Positions 21,861-31,747 are shown, numbered from the stretch's first letter. The stretch: 64,000 nucleotides of DNA from an uncultured Candidatus Binatia bacterium (GCA_964291295.2 OZ219754.1:864001-928000); one strand, 5' to 3'. Notes: generated by a model not told the origin, from the letters alone. A program made the numbers and translations.

Positions 21861-22031
21861 CGGTGTGTCTCATGAATGGCCTTGCAGTCCGCGATTTCGC
21901 GCAGGATGGTTTTGCGCAGGATGGAGTGGACGGATGTGTTCCGGACGAAAGGCTTGGGATTGGCATTGTGGCAAGCCAAGTAGTGCTTGATGGCGGCAAT
22001 CCGTTCCGGGACGCTGCGAAAGACGCCGGGG
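21857..22031 (-). pseudogene. IS630-family transposase C-terminal fragment (short arm)
   Basis: GVFRSVPERIAAIKHYLACHNANPKPFV...ILR..ADCKAIHETHR*. Confidence 0.8.
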
Positions 22032-22041
22032 AACCCGCCCG

Positions 22042-23007
22042 GTGAGCCTTCCGACGACGCCCCACGATGCGCTGTTCCGGGCACTGGTCTCCGAGCCGGC
22101 CCGCGCTGCTGCGCTGCTCGCACAATACCTGCCGCAAGAAGTCGCCGCTCTCCTCGACCCCGAGGCCCCGCCCGAGGCGGTGGAGGGCCACTTCGTGGAC
22201 GAGGACGCCGCGCGGACCCAGTGCGATGCGCTGTTCCGGGTGAGACTGAGGAGCGGCCACGATGCGCGGCTCTATGTGCTGCTCGAACACAAGAGCCGCG
22301 TCGACGCGGACACGCCGCTCCAACTCCTGAAATACATGGTCAACATCTGGCGCCGCGAGGTCGAGAATGGCGCTGGCGGGGACCGGCTGCCGGCGATCAT
22401 TCCGCTGGTTTTCTACCACGGTCGGGGCCGCTGGACCGCGGCGCGCTCGGTGCCGGGGATGATCGACGCGCCCGGGGAGTTGGAGCCTTTCGTCAGGGAG
22501 TTCGCCTATGTGCTGCATGACCTTGGCGAGATTGCGCCAGGGCGGTTGTCGGTCTCGCCCGAAGTGCGGGCCGGGCTTCTGGCGCTCAAGGTGGTATATG
22601 CCGAGGACATACCGACGGATCTTCTGGACCAGATGACGGGCGGGCCGGTTGCAGGGAGCGCGTTCGAGCGTCATATTGTGCGTTACATGGCCGAGTGCAT
22701 GAACCTGACGCCGCCCTTGCTGGAGGCGTCGCTGCGCCGGACAAAGCCGGACCGTTGGGAGGCGCTGATGGGAACAGTCGCGCAAGCCTGGATCGAACAG
22801 GGAATCGAACAGGGAATCGAACGAGGCCGGATACAGGCCTTGGCGGAGCTTCTTCTTCGTCAACTGGCGTTGCGTTTCGGTGATGTGCCGGATGCGGTGG
22901 GCGAGCGGGTTCGCCGTGCGTCGGCCTCCGAACTGGAGGCTTGGGCGGAGGCCGTGCTGGTGGCGGCGAGCCTCGACGAGGTGCTGGCCGCCACGCCCGG
23001 GCGCTGA
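22042..23007 (+). CDS. Rpn (YhgA-like/Transposase_31) PD-(D/E)xK recombination-promoting nuclease
   Basis: PHDALFR, FVDED...CDALF, YVLLEHKS, LQLLKYM, LPAIIPLVFYHG..W, EQGIEQG repeats, RQLALRFG C-terminal domain. Confidence 0.92.
   Translation: MSLPTTPHDALFRALVSEPARAAALLAQYLPQEVAALLDPEAPPEAVEGHFVDEDAARTQCDALFRVRLRSGHDARLYVLLEHKSRVDADTPLQLLKYMVNIWRREVENGAGGDRLPAIIPLVFYHGRGRWTAARSVPGMIDAPGELEPFVREFAYVLHDLGEIAPGRLSVSPEVRAGLLALKVVYAEDIPTDLLDQMTGGPVAGSAFERHIVRYMAECMNLTPPLLEASLRRTKPDRWEALMGTVAQAWIEQGIEQGIERGRIQALAELLLRQLALRFGDVPDAVGERVRRASASELEAWAEAVLVAASLDEVLAATPGR
22768..23007 (+). CDS. Putative intragenic small Rpn (RpnS-type antitoxin), 79 aa
   Basis: GGGAGG then CGCTG then in-frame ATG (MGTVAQAWIEQG...) inside the Rpn gene. 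Confidence 0.6.
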   Translation: MGTVAQAWIEQGIEQGIERGRIQALAELLLRQLALRFGDVPDAVGERVRRASASELEAWAEAVLVAASLDEVLAATPGR

Positions 23008-23039
23008 GACCGTAGCCGCCAGCGGGCCGGCCGCGGCAC

Positions 23040-23469
23040 GGTCGGGGGCGGTCGTACCTGGACGAAGCGCCTTCATCGGTCCGCATCGGCATCAGGAGTT
23101 CCTGAAGTTCCTGCGGCGCCTCCACCGTGCCTTCCCGCGCGACCCGACCCGGCACATCATCCTGGACAATCATGGAACTCACCGGCATGAAGCGCTGCGC
23201 CGGTGGCTGGCTGCTCACCCGCGATTCCGACTCCATTTCACGCCCACCCGCACCTCCTGGCTCAATCTCGTCGAAAGTGGGTTCGCAAAGCTGACTCCCC
23301 AACGTCTGCGCCGCGGTGTCTTTCGCAGCGTCCCGGAACGGATTGTGGCCATCAAGCACTCCTTGGCTGGCCACAATGCCAATCCCAGGCCTTTCGTCCG
23401 GACCACATCCGTCAATCCATCCTGCGCAAAATCGCAGACTGTAGGGCCATTCATGAGACATACCATTAG
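23040..23469 (+). pseudogene. IS630-family transposase C-terminal fragment (long arm)
   Basis: HRHQEFLKFLR...HIILDNHGTH...HPRFRLHFTPTRTSWLNLVE..F...LRRGVFRSV; frameshifted near the end. Confidence 0.85.
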
Positions 23470-23954
23470 CGGCGGGCCGCTCCCGACCCGTGGCTCCGGT
23501 GTTCGCGGACGTTATCGTCCCAGGGGTCGTAGCTGCCGAAGCACCAGAGATTGCCTTCCGGATCGCGGCAGCAGTAAAGCCGACCCCCGTATTCCTGGTC
23601 CTCCGGCGCCATGACCACCTCGGCGCCCGCCGCCGCGGCTCTGGCATGGTGCGCGTCCACGTCGGAGACGATGAGATAGACCGTCTGCGACACCGGATCG
23701 TCGGACTTGGCCAGGGGCCGGTGAACTGTCCCGTAGTCATCCTCCCGGGCGGAGCCGAGCATCACCATGCCGTTGCCGAACACGAGCTGGGCGTGTAGGA
23801 TGAGGCCGCCCTCGCCGGGCACCACCCGATGCCGCTCGAAGCCGAACGCCTCGCAGAGCCATTCGATGGCCTTGGGCGCGTCATGGTAGCGAAGCGCCGG
23901 AATGATCGTCGCCCGCGTGTCCTTCGGCAGACTGCGCATCGACAGACTGCGCAT
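23466..23954 (-). CDS. VOC/glyoxalase family protein (PhnB-like)
   Basis: IIPALRYHDA..AIEWLCEAFGF, HAQLVFGNGMVML, DVDAHHARA, YGGRLY..RDPEGNLW. Confidence 0.9.
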   Translation of the reverse strand: MRSLSMRSLPKDTRATIIPALRYHDAPKAIEWLCEAFGFERHRVVPGEGGLILHAQLVFGNGMVMLGSAREDDYGTVHRPLAKSDDPVSQTVYLIVSDVDAHHARAAAAGAEVVMAPEDQEYGGRLYCCRDPEGNLWCFGSYDPWDDNVREHRSHGSGAARR

Positions 23955-24065
23955 CGAGTTTCTCCTTTCTCTTCCCGTCCGTTTCGTCCTCTTCCCTGAT
24001 TGGGGTCACCGTTGCATGACGTGTCACGGGCGCCAGGCGGTGTCACAGGCGCCAGGCCGGGCCGC

Positions 24066-25385
24066 TCACACCAGCAGCGCGTTCACCCCGGCCAGCACCA
24101 GGATGGAGCCGGCGGCGAACAGGGTGGAGAACTTGAGGTTGGGGCCCAGGATGACTTTGCCCGGGGGGACCCGGAACAGGGTGGCGGCCGTGCCGACCAT
24201 GATGGCGGAGAGGCCGATCATGGACGAGCAGGACCAGGCCGCCAGGGTGCTCTCGATGAGCACCACGCCCGCCACCCGAACCGGCAGGTCCGAGAACACC
24301 GTCAGGAGCAACGACACCGACACGATCTGGTGCACCCCGGCCAGGGCACCGAGGGACGGCGCGCCGATCATGATGGCGATGACGGCGATGGCGGGCAGGT
24401 CGAGGCCGCCGATCCAGGCAGTGGTCCCGGTCTGCGCGAAAACGTGCCGGACGACTCCGCCCAGGGCCAGCGAGATGGTCAGGATGGTGATCTCGTTGCC
24501 GATGAAGGCGGTTCCCCGCCAAGTGTCGGCCAAGGTGGCCGCGAACGCCCGCCGGCCTTTTCCCGAGAACGCCAGCGCGCACAGGACGGGCACGCTCACG
24601 ATCAGCGCCTCCAGCCCGGACAGCGCCGTGAGGCCGGACAGGAGCGCCACCGACAGAACGCAGAACGCGACCGGCGGGACCATGGGCTGGAGGCTCCGCA
24701 GCGCGCGCCACAGCAGGGTCAGGCCCGGTTCCGGGGCAAAGAGCAGGTGGGAGGCGGCCAACGCGCAGGCGGCCATGGCCATGCCCAGCGCCATGGTGTG
24801 CCACAGCGGCACCCCCGGCACGTACTGCGACGACAGCGCCATGGCGATCCAGAACGGCGACCACAGGCCCGCGAGGCCGCCGCCGCGGTGGCAGGCGCGC
24901 ATGGCGGCGAGGTGCTCCTCCTCCACCTTGCTCCGGCCCACGATGGGGGCGGTGACGGCGTAGGCGCCGGGTCCCAGCACCGCAGCCAGGAGGTGGCTGC
25001 CCACCAGGAAGCCGCCCAGGCGATGGTCGGGCTTGAGTTGCCCGAACAGTTCCCGCGCCCGGGTCATCTGCCGGAGCCGCTCCCCGGTGGCGCGCAACAG
25101 CACGATGGTGCCGAAAAAGGCCGCGAACAGGGGCGCCGCCCTGAAGCCCGTCAGCACCGTGGACGCGCCGCCGTAGACCAGGATGAGGAGAACGGCCAAG
25201 GCGGCGAGCGTGCCGCAAAGCACGAGGGTCGACCGGCGCAGGAACACCAGCACCCGCATCAGGTACAATGCCGCGAGCACCACCCCGGCCAGGTCCATGG
25301 CCGGTGACGGCCAAGCCATCCGCAGGACTTGGCATCCCCACAGCAGCACCACCAGGGTCTCCGCCCGCGCGAGTTGTTTCAACAT
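24066..25385 (-). CDS. Polytopic membrane protein, probable secondary transporter
   Basis: More than 10 hydrophobic helices; LWSPF motif seen in ion-transporter-superfamily permeases. Confidence 0.6.
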   Translation of the reverse strand: MLKQLARAETLVVLLWGCQVLRMAWPSPAMDLAGVVLAALYLMRVLVFLRRSTLVLCGTLAALAVLLILVYGGASTVLTGFRAAPLFAAFFGTIVLLRATGERLRQMTRARELFGQLKPDHRLGGFLVGSHLLAAVLGPGAYAVTAPIVGRSKVEEEHLAAMRACHRGGGLAGLWSPFWIAMALSSQYVPGVPLWHTMALGMAMAACALAASHLLFAPEPGLTLLWRALRSLQPMVPPVAFCVLSVALLSGLTALSGLEALIVSVPVLCALAFSGKGRRAFAATLADTWRGTAFIGNEITILTISLALGGVVRHVFAQTGTTAWIGGLDLPAIAVIAIMIGAPSLGALAGVHQIVSVSLLLTVFSDLPVRVAGVVLIESTLAAWSCSSMIGLSAIMVGTAATLFRVPPGKVILGPNLKFSTLFAAGSILVLAGVNALLV

Positions 25386-25606
25386 CGAACGGCTCTGTCG
25401 TCTGGCGAAACGCGACAGCCGTGCCCGGGTCTGTTACGAATATCGGCACGGAGACTGCCGTTGCGGAGAATACCGGTACGGGCATTGCCGGCACGGACAC
25501 GCCGAAGCCGACGTTCGCGCGAAAGCGTGCCGCGGCTTCCCGCACCGGCGGGACCTGCGGCGAAATGAACGACGGCGGAATGCGAGGCCGCCCCCTGGAG
25601 CGACAC

Positions 25607-27922
25607 ATGACGCAGACTTACATCGGGACGCCCATCCGGCGCGGTGAAGACATTCGTTTTCTGACCGGCAAGGCCACATTCATCGACGATGTGAAGTTGC
25701 CCGGGATGCTGCATGCGGCCGTCCTGCGGAGCCCGCACGCGCACGCCCGCATCCGGGCGGTGGACGTGTCGGAGGCCCTGAAGCTGCCGGGGGTCGTCCG
25801 CGTTCTCACCTTTGTCGATTTGCCCGCGGGCGTCAAGCCGATCCCGCTGCGCATGTACCCGCTGGAGGGGCTGGATCGCTTCCTGCAGTATCCGCTGGCC
25901 CGGGGCAAGGTCGCTTATGTGGGTGAGCCGGTGGCGCTGGTGGCGGCGGTGGACCGCTACGTGGCCGAAGACGGGGCCGATCGGGTCCAGGTGGAATACG
26001 AGCCTCTGGAGGTGGTGGCCGACATCGACGCGGCGCTGCGCGGCGACGTTGTCATCCACGAAGAGCAGGGCACGAATGTGGCCGGCGGCCACGAGTTCAG
26101 ACTGGGAGACGTGGAAGGGGCATTCCGCGACGCCGAGTACACGCGCAAGGAGGTGCTGCGGACGCACCGCCACACCGGCAATCCCATGGAGACCCGCGGC
26201 CTGGTGGCGTCCTGCGACGCGGGCCGCAACGAGGTGACGGTGTGGGGGATGACGAAGGTGCCGCACTTCAACCGCGCGGTGCTGTCGTCGCTGCTGGAGC
26301 TGCCGGAGCATCGCATCCACTTCGTGGAGCCCGATGTGGGCGGTGGTTTCGGCATCCGCGGCGAGTTCTACCCGGAGGACTTCCTGGTTCCCTGGGCGGC
26401 CATGAAGCTGGGGCGGCCGGTCAAGTGGATCGAGGACCGGCGCGAGCATCTGATGGCCGCCAACCATTCGCGGGAGGTGCGCTGCGAGCTGGAGGTGGCG
26501 GCACGGCGGGACGGCACGCTGCTGGGCATGCGCGCCCGCATTCACGGCGACATGGGCGCCTATATCCGCACCCACGGCGGACTGGTGCCGGTGTCCACGG
26601 CCGGGGTGTTGCCCGGGCCGTACCGGGTTCCCGCCTGCGAGGCCCGGATCCACTGCGTCATGACCAACAAGATGGGGGTGGGCACCTACCGCGCGCCCGG
26701 GCGCTACGAGTCCTGCTATTTCCGCGAGCGCATGCTCGACATGGTGGCCGAGGATCTGGGCATGGATCCGGTGGACCTGCGCCGCAAGAATCTGATCCGG
26801 CCCGAAGAGATCCCCTACGAGCTGGGGCCCACCCGGCCCGGCATCGCCTCCACCGTGTTCGACAGCGGTGACTATCCCCGGGCGCTGGAGCAGGCGCTGG
26901 AAAGCTTCGGATGGGAACGGTTGCAACCGCTTCAGGGGACGAAGCGGGACGGGCGCTACCATGGCCTGGGTATCGGCTGGTTCGTGAAGAACACCGGTCT
27001 CGGCCCCTCCGAGGGCGCGCGCATCGCCGTCACCGGCCCCGAGAGCGTGGCCGTCTACCTGGGCATCGCCACCTTGGGTCAGGGCCACGAGACGGTGATG
27101 GCGCAGATCTGCGCCGACGCCCTGGGCGTACCCATGGAATGGATCACCGTGTTCCACGGCAGCACCGACTTGATGCCCTGGGGCGGCGGCACCTACTCGA
27201 GCCGCGGTACGGTCATGGCCGGCAATGCCGTGCATCTGACCGCCGGAGCGCTCAGGAATCGGTTGCTGGAGGTGGCGGCGCGGCGCCTGGAGACGGATCC
27301 CGCGGGCTTGGAGTTCCGTTCCGGATCGGTCCGGGCCGCGGGAACGGCGCCGCCGCTGCTGAATCTGGGACAGCTGCTGGAGATGACGAAGCCGGGCGCG
27401 GCGGCGGGCGGCGCGCCCGGCCTTGAAGCCACGGAGTACTTCCATACAGACCAACTCACCTACACCTACGGCGGCCACCTGGCGCACGTGGCAGTGGACC
27501 CGGAAACGGGCATGGTGGAGATCCTGCGTTATCTCGTGCTGGAAGATGTGGGCCGCTGTATCAATCCGCTGCTGGTGCACGGTCAGGCCTTGGGGGCCGC
27601 GGCCCAGGGCATCGGCGGCACGCTGCTGGAGGAGCTCGTTTACAACGAGGACGGCCAGTTGTTGACCACCACCCTGCTGGACTACCCGCTGCCCTCCAGC
27701 ATGGAGATCCCGCCGCTGGAGAGCATCGTCACCGAGTACTCGCCGTCGCCCCTGAATCCCCTGGGCGTCAAGGGCGCCGGCGAAGGCGGCATCGTCGCTT
27801 GCGGCGCCGCCCTGGCCAACGCGGTCTCCCACGCCCTGTCGCCGCTGGGCGTCCGGATCCGGGAACTGCCGCTCAGCCCGGACCGGTTGCGGGCGCTGAT
27901 CAGGGAGGCGGACCGCGGATAG
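25607..27922 (+). CDS. Xanthine dehydrogenase family molybdopterin-binding subunit (CoxL-like)
   Basis: IG..IRR.ED.RFLTG, RSPHAHARI, VGGGFGIR, GQGHET...QI.AD, GTYSSR, GVKGAGEGG; start placed at MTQTY. Confidence 0.9.
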   Translation: MTQTYIGTPIRRGEDIRFLTGKATFIDDVKLPGMLHAAVLRSPHAHARIRAVDVSEALKLPGVVRVLTFVDLPAGVKPIPLRMYPLEGLDRFLQYPLARGKVAYVGEPVALVAAVDRYVAEDGADRVQVEYEPLEVVADIDAALRGDVVIHEEQGTNVAGGHEFRLGDVEGAFRDAEYTRKEVLRTHRHTGNPMETRGLVASCDAGRNEVTVWGMTKVPHFNRAVLSSLLELPEHRIHFVEPDVGGGFGIRGEFYPEDFLVPWAAMKLGRPVKWIEDRREHLMAANHSREVRCELEVAARRDGTLLGMRARIHGDMGAYIRTHGGLVPVSTAGVLPGPYRVPACEARIHCVMTNKMGVGTYRAPGRYESCYFRERMLDMVAEDLGMDPVDLRRKNLIRPEEIPYELGPTRPGIASTVFDSGDYPRALEQALESFGWERLQPLQGTKRDGRYHGLGIGWFVKNTGLGPSEGARIAVTGPESVAVYLGIATLGQGHETVMAQICADALGVPMEWITVFHGSTDLMPWGGGTYSSRGTVMAGNAVHLTAGALRNRLLEVAARRLETDPAGLEFRSGSVRAAGTAPPLLNLGQLLEMTKPGAAAGGAPGLEATEYFHTDQLTYTYGGHLAHVAVDPETGMVEILRYLVLEDVGRCINPLLVHGQALGAAAQGIGGTLLEELVYNEDGQLLTTTLLDYPLPSSMEIPPLESIVTEYSPSPLNPLGVKGAGEGGIVACGAALANAVSHALSPLGVRIRELPLSPDRLRALIREADRG

Positions 27923-28109
27923 GGGCGCCCCGGGTGTTGGCGCCGATGCCCCGGAACATGTCGTGCCCGCAGTCCCCGAGCGCGGCCCGTGCCGTTCCGG
28001 ATGTCGAGGTCGGCCCTCTTCCGGAGCCACCGGGCGTGATCCTTCGTGAGGGTGTCGATGGACTGTTCGGAAAGGTCTGAACAGATGGAAGACGGCCCGA
28101 ATCGCCGGC

Positions 28110-29147
28110 CTATCGCAGCATGATCTCGGCCCTGCGCTCGATCCGGAAAGGCCCTGCCGGCGACTCTCCGGAGACGATGAACTCCGCGCGGTAAACGCCC
28201 GGCTGCCATCTCCCGGACTTTCGGCGCTTGCCGGCATAGGCGAAATAGCGCGCCCGGTCTTTGTCGAGCGAATGCCGGTTGCGGAACAGGATGCGGCCGT
28301 CCGGGCCGGCGATGGTAGTCTCGATCAACGTGCCCGAAAGCGCGCCCAGCAGGACCGTGTACCCGACGAGCGCCGGCGCGTTCACCGGTGCGGCCTGCGG
28401 GTAGCCGTCATGCAGCGCCCGCACCTGCTCGGGAACCTCCGTCGCCAGGCCGGCGCGATGGACAATCGTCTGCGTGTAGCGCGCCGGATATTCGGAGGTC
28501 CGCCATAGCGCCGTCTCCGTCCGGCCCGAGGCAGCGCAGCGCGGCGGGTCGGCGGGCTGTGCGCCGCCGAACGGATCGACCGGCCGGCCATGCCTTTCAA
28601 GCTGGAAATGCAGATGCGGAAGCTCCGCCAGGCCGGAACTTCCGGTCCGCCCCAGCTCGTCTCCCGCCGAGACCCGCGCGCCCTCGCGCACCGTGACGCT
28701 CCCGCGCTGCAGATGGCAGTATTGGGTCGTCCAGCCGCCTCCGTGGTCCAGGCGCACGCCGTTGCCGCATTCCCTGCCTTCCCGGCTCGGGTCGAAGCCC
28801 CGCACCGGACTGTCCACCATCCCGTCGCGCCGTCCCCGCACGACGCCGTCGGCCGCGGCGATGACAGGCAGCCGCGCGCCCGGATCGACGGGCGCGATAT
28901 CCGTTCCCTTGTGCCCCTCATAGGTCCGGAGCCCGCACCGGTAGTCCCGGTAGGCGGGCCCGGACTGGAGGTCCATGTAAGCGAAGAACCAGCAGTCCCG
29001 GCCGATCTCGCAGCGCACGGGAAAGAGGAGTTCCGGCGGATCCGCCGCCTGCGCGCACGCTCCCGCCAGGGCGGCGCCAACCGCCGCCAGCGCCATGGCG
29101 CGGCAAGTGCGCCGAAGGAGCCGCACAAGGCATTCCGGCATTTTCAT
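28110..29147 (-). CDS. M23 family metallopeptidase
   Basis: HKGTDI, VIAAADG, GNGVRLDH, YCHL, GSSG...PHLHF, VDPF. Confidence 0.88.
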   Translation of the reverse strand: MKMPECLVRLLRRTCRAMALAAVGAALAGACAQAADPPELLFPVRCEIGRDCWFFAYMDLQSGPAYRDYRCGLRTYEGHKGTDIAPVDPGARLPVIAAADGVVRGRRDGMVDSPVRGFDPSREGRECGNGVRLDHGGGWTTQYCHLQRGSVTVREGARVSAGDELGRTGSSGLAELPHLHFQLERHGRPVDPFGGAQPADPPRCAASGRTETALWRTSEYPARYTQTIVHRAGLATEVPEQVRALHDGYPQAAPVNAPALVGYTVLLGALSGTLIETTIAGPDGRILFRNRHSLDKDRARYFAYAGKRRKSGRWQPGVYRAEFIVSGESPAGPFRIERRAEIMLR

Positions 29148-29261
29148 TGTCAACCCGCCGATTTCATGTTTCGAGAATACCCCATCGTTCACCTCTCTCA
29201 GGATCTGCCTCGTCCGGCAAAAAACCGAAACGCCTGCCATGTCTCTCTCACGACCTCTCTC

Positions 29262-30494
29262 TCACGACCACAGGCACGACAGCGGTGCCGCTGTCAGCCT
29301 GTCTCCGAACGGCACGCAATCGGCACTGTCGTAGAGAACGACGCCATGGGCGAAACGCTCCCCGTACGCTTCGGCCAGGGTTCGAAGCCCTGCGAGATCG
29401 CCGGACCGCACCGTCGCGGCAGCCTTGACCTTGATCCCTGCGATCCTGCCGTCGTCGCGTTCCAGCACAAGGTCCACCTCATGCGCCTGTGGGTCGCGGA
29501 AATGGCAGGGTGTCAACTGCATGTCCGACGCCGTCATCAGTTTCATGATCTCCGAAAATACGAAGCTCTCGAGGAGGGCACCGAATTTCCCTCGGTCCGC
29601 CTTGACCCTGGCGAAAGTCAATCCGTGCGCCGCGGCAAGCAGGCCGCTGTCGAGGAATTGCAGTTTGGGCGTCTTCGCAATCCGCTTCAGCGCATTCGTA
29701 TACCAGGGTTGCAATGTGGCGACGAGAAAGACCTGTTCCAGCAGGCCGACATAGCGCTGTGCCGTTTTGTGGCTGACGCCGATGCCGGCACCGAACCGCG
29801 AGTAATTGGCCAGCTGCCCGGAATGCTCCGCCAGGAGGCGGACGAATTTCGGCAACTCGGTCAGCCTCTCGATTTCTGCGATGTCTCTCAGGTCGCGCGT
29901 GAGGATCGACGTCAGCCAGGAGCGCGCCCAGGCCTGCCGGCGTCGTTCGCTTTCGCGGGCCAGTGCCTCCGGGAAACTCCCTGCCAATACGATCCGGACA
30001 AGCTCTTCGCCGAAGGTCGCCCCTGATGCGCTCCCGATATTTCCCTCGAACTTTCCTGCGAACAGCCGTTTCAGGAAGGTCGGCGTCCTGCCCTCGATTT
30101 CCGCACGGGCCAACGGAAGCATCCGGAGGGTCTCGATCCGACCCGCCAGACTGTCGGCGACCCGCGGCAGGGTCATGACATTCGCGGAGCCGGTCAGCAG
30201 AAACCGGCCGGGTCGGTAGTCTTCGTCCACCGCCTTCTTGATCGCCAGAAGCAACTCGGGCGCGCGCTGGACTTCGTCAACGGTTGCCCGATCCAGACCG
30301 CGGATGAAGCCGGCGGGGTCGGATTGCGCGGCGGCGAGCGTCGTTTGGTCGTCAAGCGTGATGTAGGCCCGGTCCGTTTCCCCGATCCTCCGGACAAGTG
30401 TGGTCTTGCCCGCCCGGCGCGGCCCCACGATCAGGACGACGGGAGTGTCCGAGAGGGCTTCTTTCGCCCGATCCTTCAGGAAGCGCTCGTACAT
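29262..30494 (-). CDS. AAA+ ATPase (AAA_14 plus DUF4143 type)
   Basis: GPRRAGKTT, VDEVQR, FLLTGSA, DSLAGR, KTPKL.FLDSGL, EVDLVLE. Confidence 0.88.
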   Translation of the reverse strand: MYERFLKDRAKEALSDTPVVLIVGPRRAGKTTLVRRIGETDRAYITLDDQTTLAAAQSDPAGFIRGLDRATVDEVQRAPELLLAIKKAVDEDYRPGRFLLTGSANVMTLPRVADSLAGRIETLRMLPLARAEIEGRTPTFLKRLFAGKFEGNIGSASGATFGEELVRIVLAGSFPEALARESERRRQAWARSWLTSILTRDLRDIAEIERLTELPKFVRLLAEHSGQLANYSRFGAGIGVSHKTAQRYVGLLEQVFLVATLQPWYTNALKRIAKTPKLQFLDSGLLAAAHGLTFARVKADRGKFGALLESFVFSEIMKLMTASDMQLTPCHFRDPQAHEVDLVLERDDGRIAGIKVKAAATVRSGDLAGLRTLAEAYGERFAHGVVLYDSADCVPFGDRLTAAPLSCLWS

Positions 30495-31001
30495 GTCTGC
30501 CTCTTTCCGATCTTCAAAGATTGGAACCGTAGAGCATGAGAATTGGGAATCAACGGACAGACAATTGGAAAGCGAACCGGATCACGTCTTCTCGCGGGCG
30601 GGCCGGGCGTCGATGTGACGTTCAATCAGTTCGGGCACAATCCGCCCGGCGTCTCCTGGGCGAGGCGTCTGGCCGGTTCGAGGGTGACCCGGCCTTGCGC
30701 CCGGCGGCGAGGCGACGGTGGGCGGCCTTGCGCCCGCCGTCGCCGGCGCGATGGTTGACGATGCGGGAGCGTACGACCGAAGGCTGGGTGCCGAAGCCGG
30801 TGAGGCGGTCATCCATGTCTCCCGGGCCAACCTTCAGTCCTTTGAAATACGCCAATTTCCATGGCCAATGGCCGTCACCCACTCACAGGCGTATGATGGC
30901 CCATTGAAACCTTCGGATACAGCCGCAGCGGACTCGGGGTTGTGCAGGCTCTGCTTCGCACGCCGTCATCGGGTGTACGCGGTCCGCGAAAGGACAGGAA
31001 C

Positions 31002-31658
31002 GTGACCGACCGGCACAGTCTCTCCGTGCTTCTGGACGGTGCCCGCGCCTTCCGGACGACCGAATACCGCGGCGCCGATTCCCTCATGGCCCGCCTGTCC
31101 ATGGGCCAGGAGCCGGATGTCCTGGTGATCGCGTGCAGCGACTCCCGGGTGGATCCGGCGCTGGTTCTCGGCGCCCGGCCCGGGGACCTTTTCGTGGTAC
31201 GCGTGGTGGCGAATCTGGTGCCGGCACGGCGCGCGGATGACACGATGGCCCACGGTGTGATGGCGGCGGTGGAATACGGGGTCAAGGTGCTCGGGGTCTC
31301 GCATCTGGTGGTGTGCGGCCATTCCCACTGCGGCGGAATCAAGGCCGCGACGGATGCGGCGCGGGGAAGGGAACTGCCGCCGTTCGAGTGCCTGGGGCCG
31401 TGGGTGGCGTTGGCCGACGCGTCGTGCCGGGAGGTGCTGGCGGAGAGCCCCGGGGCTGGCCGCCCGGATGAGGAAGTGGCGGCCGCGGCGGAGCAGCGGT
31501 CGGTGCTCAAGTCTCTTGCCAACCTGCGGTCATACGGGTGGATACAGGATCGGGTGGAAGGGGGCCGGCTCGCCCTGCACGGCTGGTGGTTCGATATCGA
31601 TACCGGCCATCTGTGGATCGCGGACACCGCGACGGGGCTCTTCCGGCCGCTGGATTGA
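31002..31658 (+). CDS. Beta-class carbonic anhydrase
   Basis: CSDSRV, PGDLFVVR..ANLVP, CGHSHCGG, HGWWFDI; GTG start after AGGA. Confidence 0.92.
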   Translation: MTDRHSLSVLLDGARAFRTTEYRGADSLMARLSMGQEPDVLVIACSDSRVDPALVLGARPGDLFVVRVVANLVPARRADDTMAHGVMAAVEYGVKVLGVSHLVVCGHSHCGGIKAATDAARGRELPPFECLGPWVALADASCREVLAESPGAGRPDEEVAAAAEQRSVLKSLANLRSYGWIQDRVEGGRLALHGWWFDIDTGHLWIADTATGLFRPLD

Positions 31659-31747
31659 CGGCGTCCGCATCGGGTCGTTCCAGCGGATGCGGCCGGCCGG
31701 ATGGAACCGGGGCCGCCGCCCGGGGCCGCTTCCCCGGTTGAGGCCGT

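Larger units (their letters stand above)
21857..23469. mobile_element. Non-autonomous cassette, copy A: two outward-facing IS630 3' ends enclosing an Rpn gene
   Basis: ~170 bp imperfect terminal inverted repeats (CTAGCGGTGTGTCTCATGAATGGCC... / ...GGCCATTCATGAGACATACCATTAG); near-identical inverted copy at 46840-48485. Confidence 0.78.

Noticed and set aside
22880-23614. Intact IS630 transposase (also 46824-47429)
   Set aside because: Only the C-terminal part is present; the apparent N-terminus is an alternative frame of Rpn
25607-27922. Aerobic CO dehydrogenase CoxL
   Set aside because: Lacks the AYxCSFR motif and coxM/coxS neighbours
30540-30940. Short ORFs upstream of the AAA ATPase
   Set aside because: Interrupted by stops; no family could be supported
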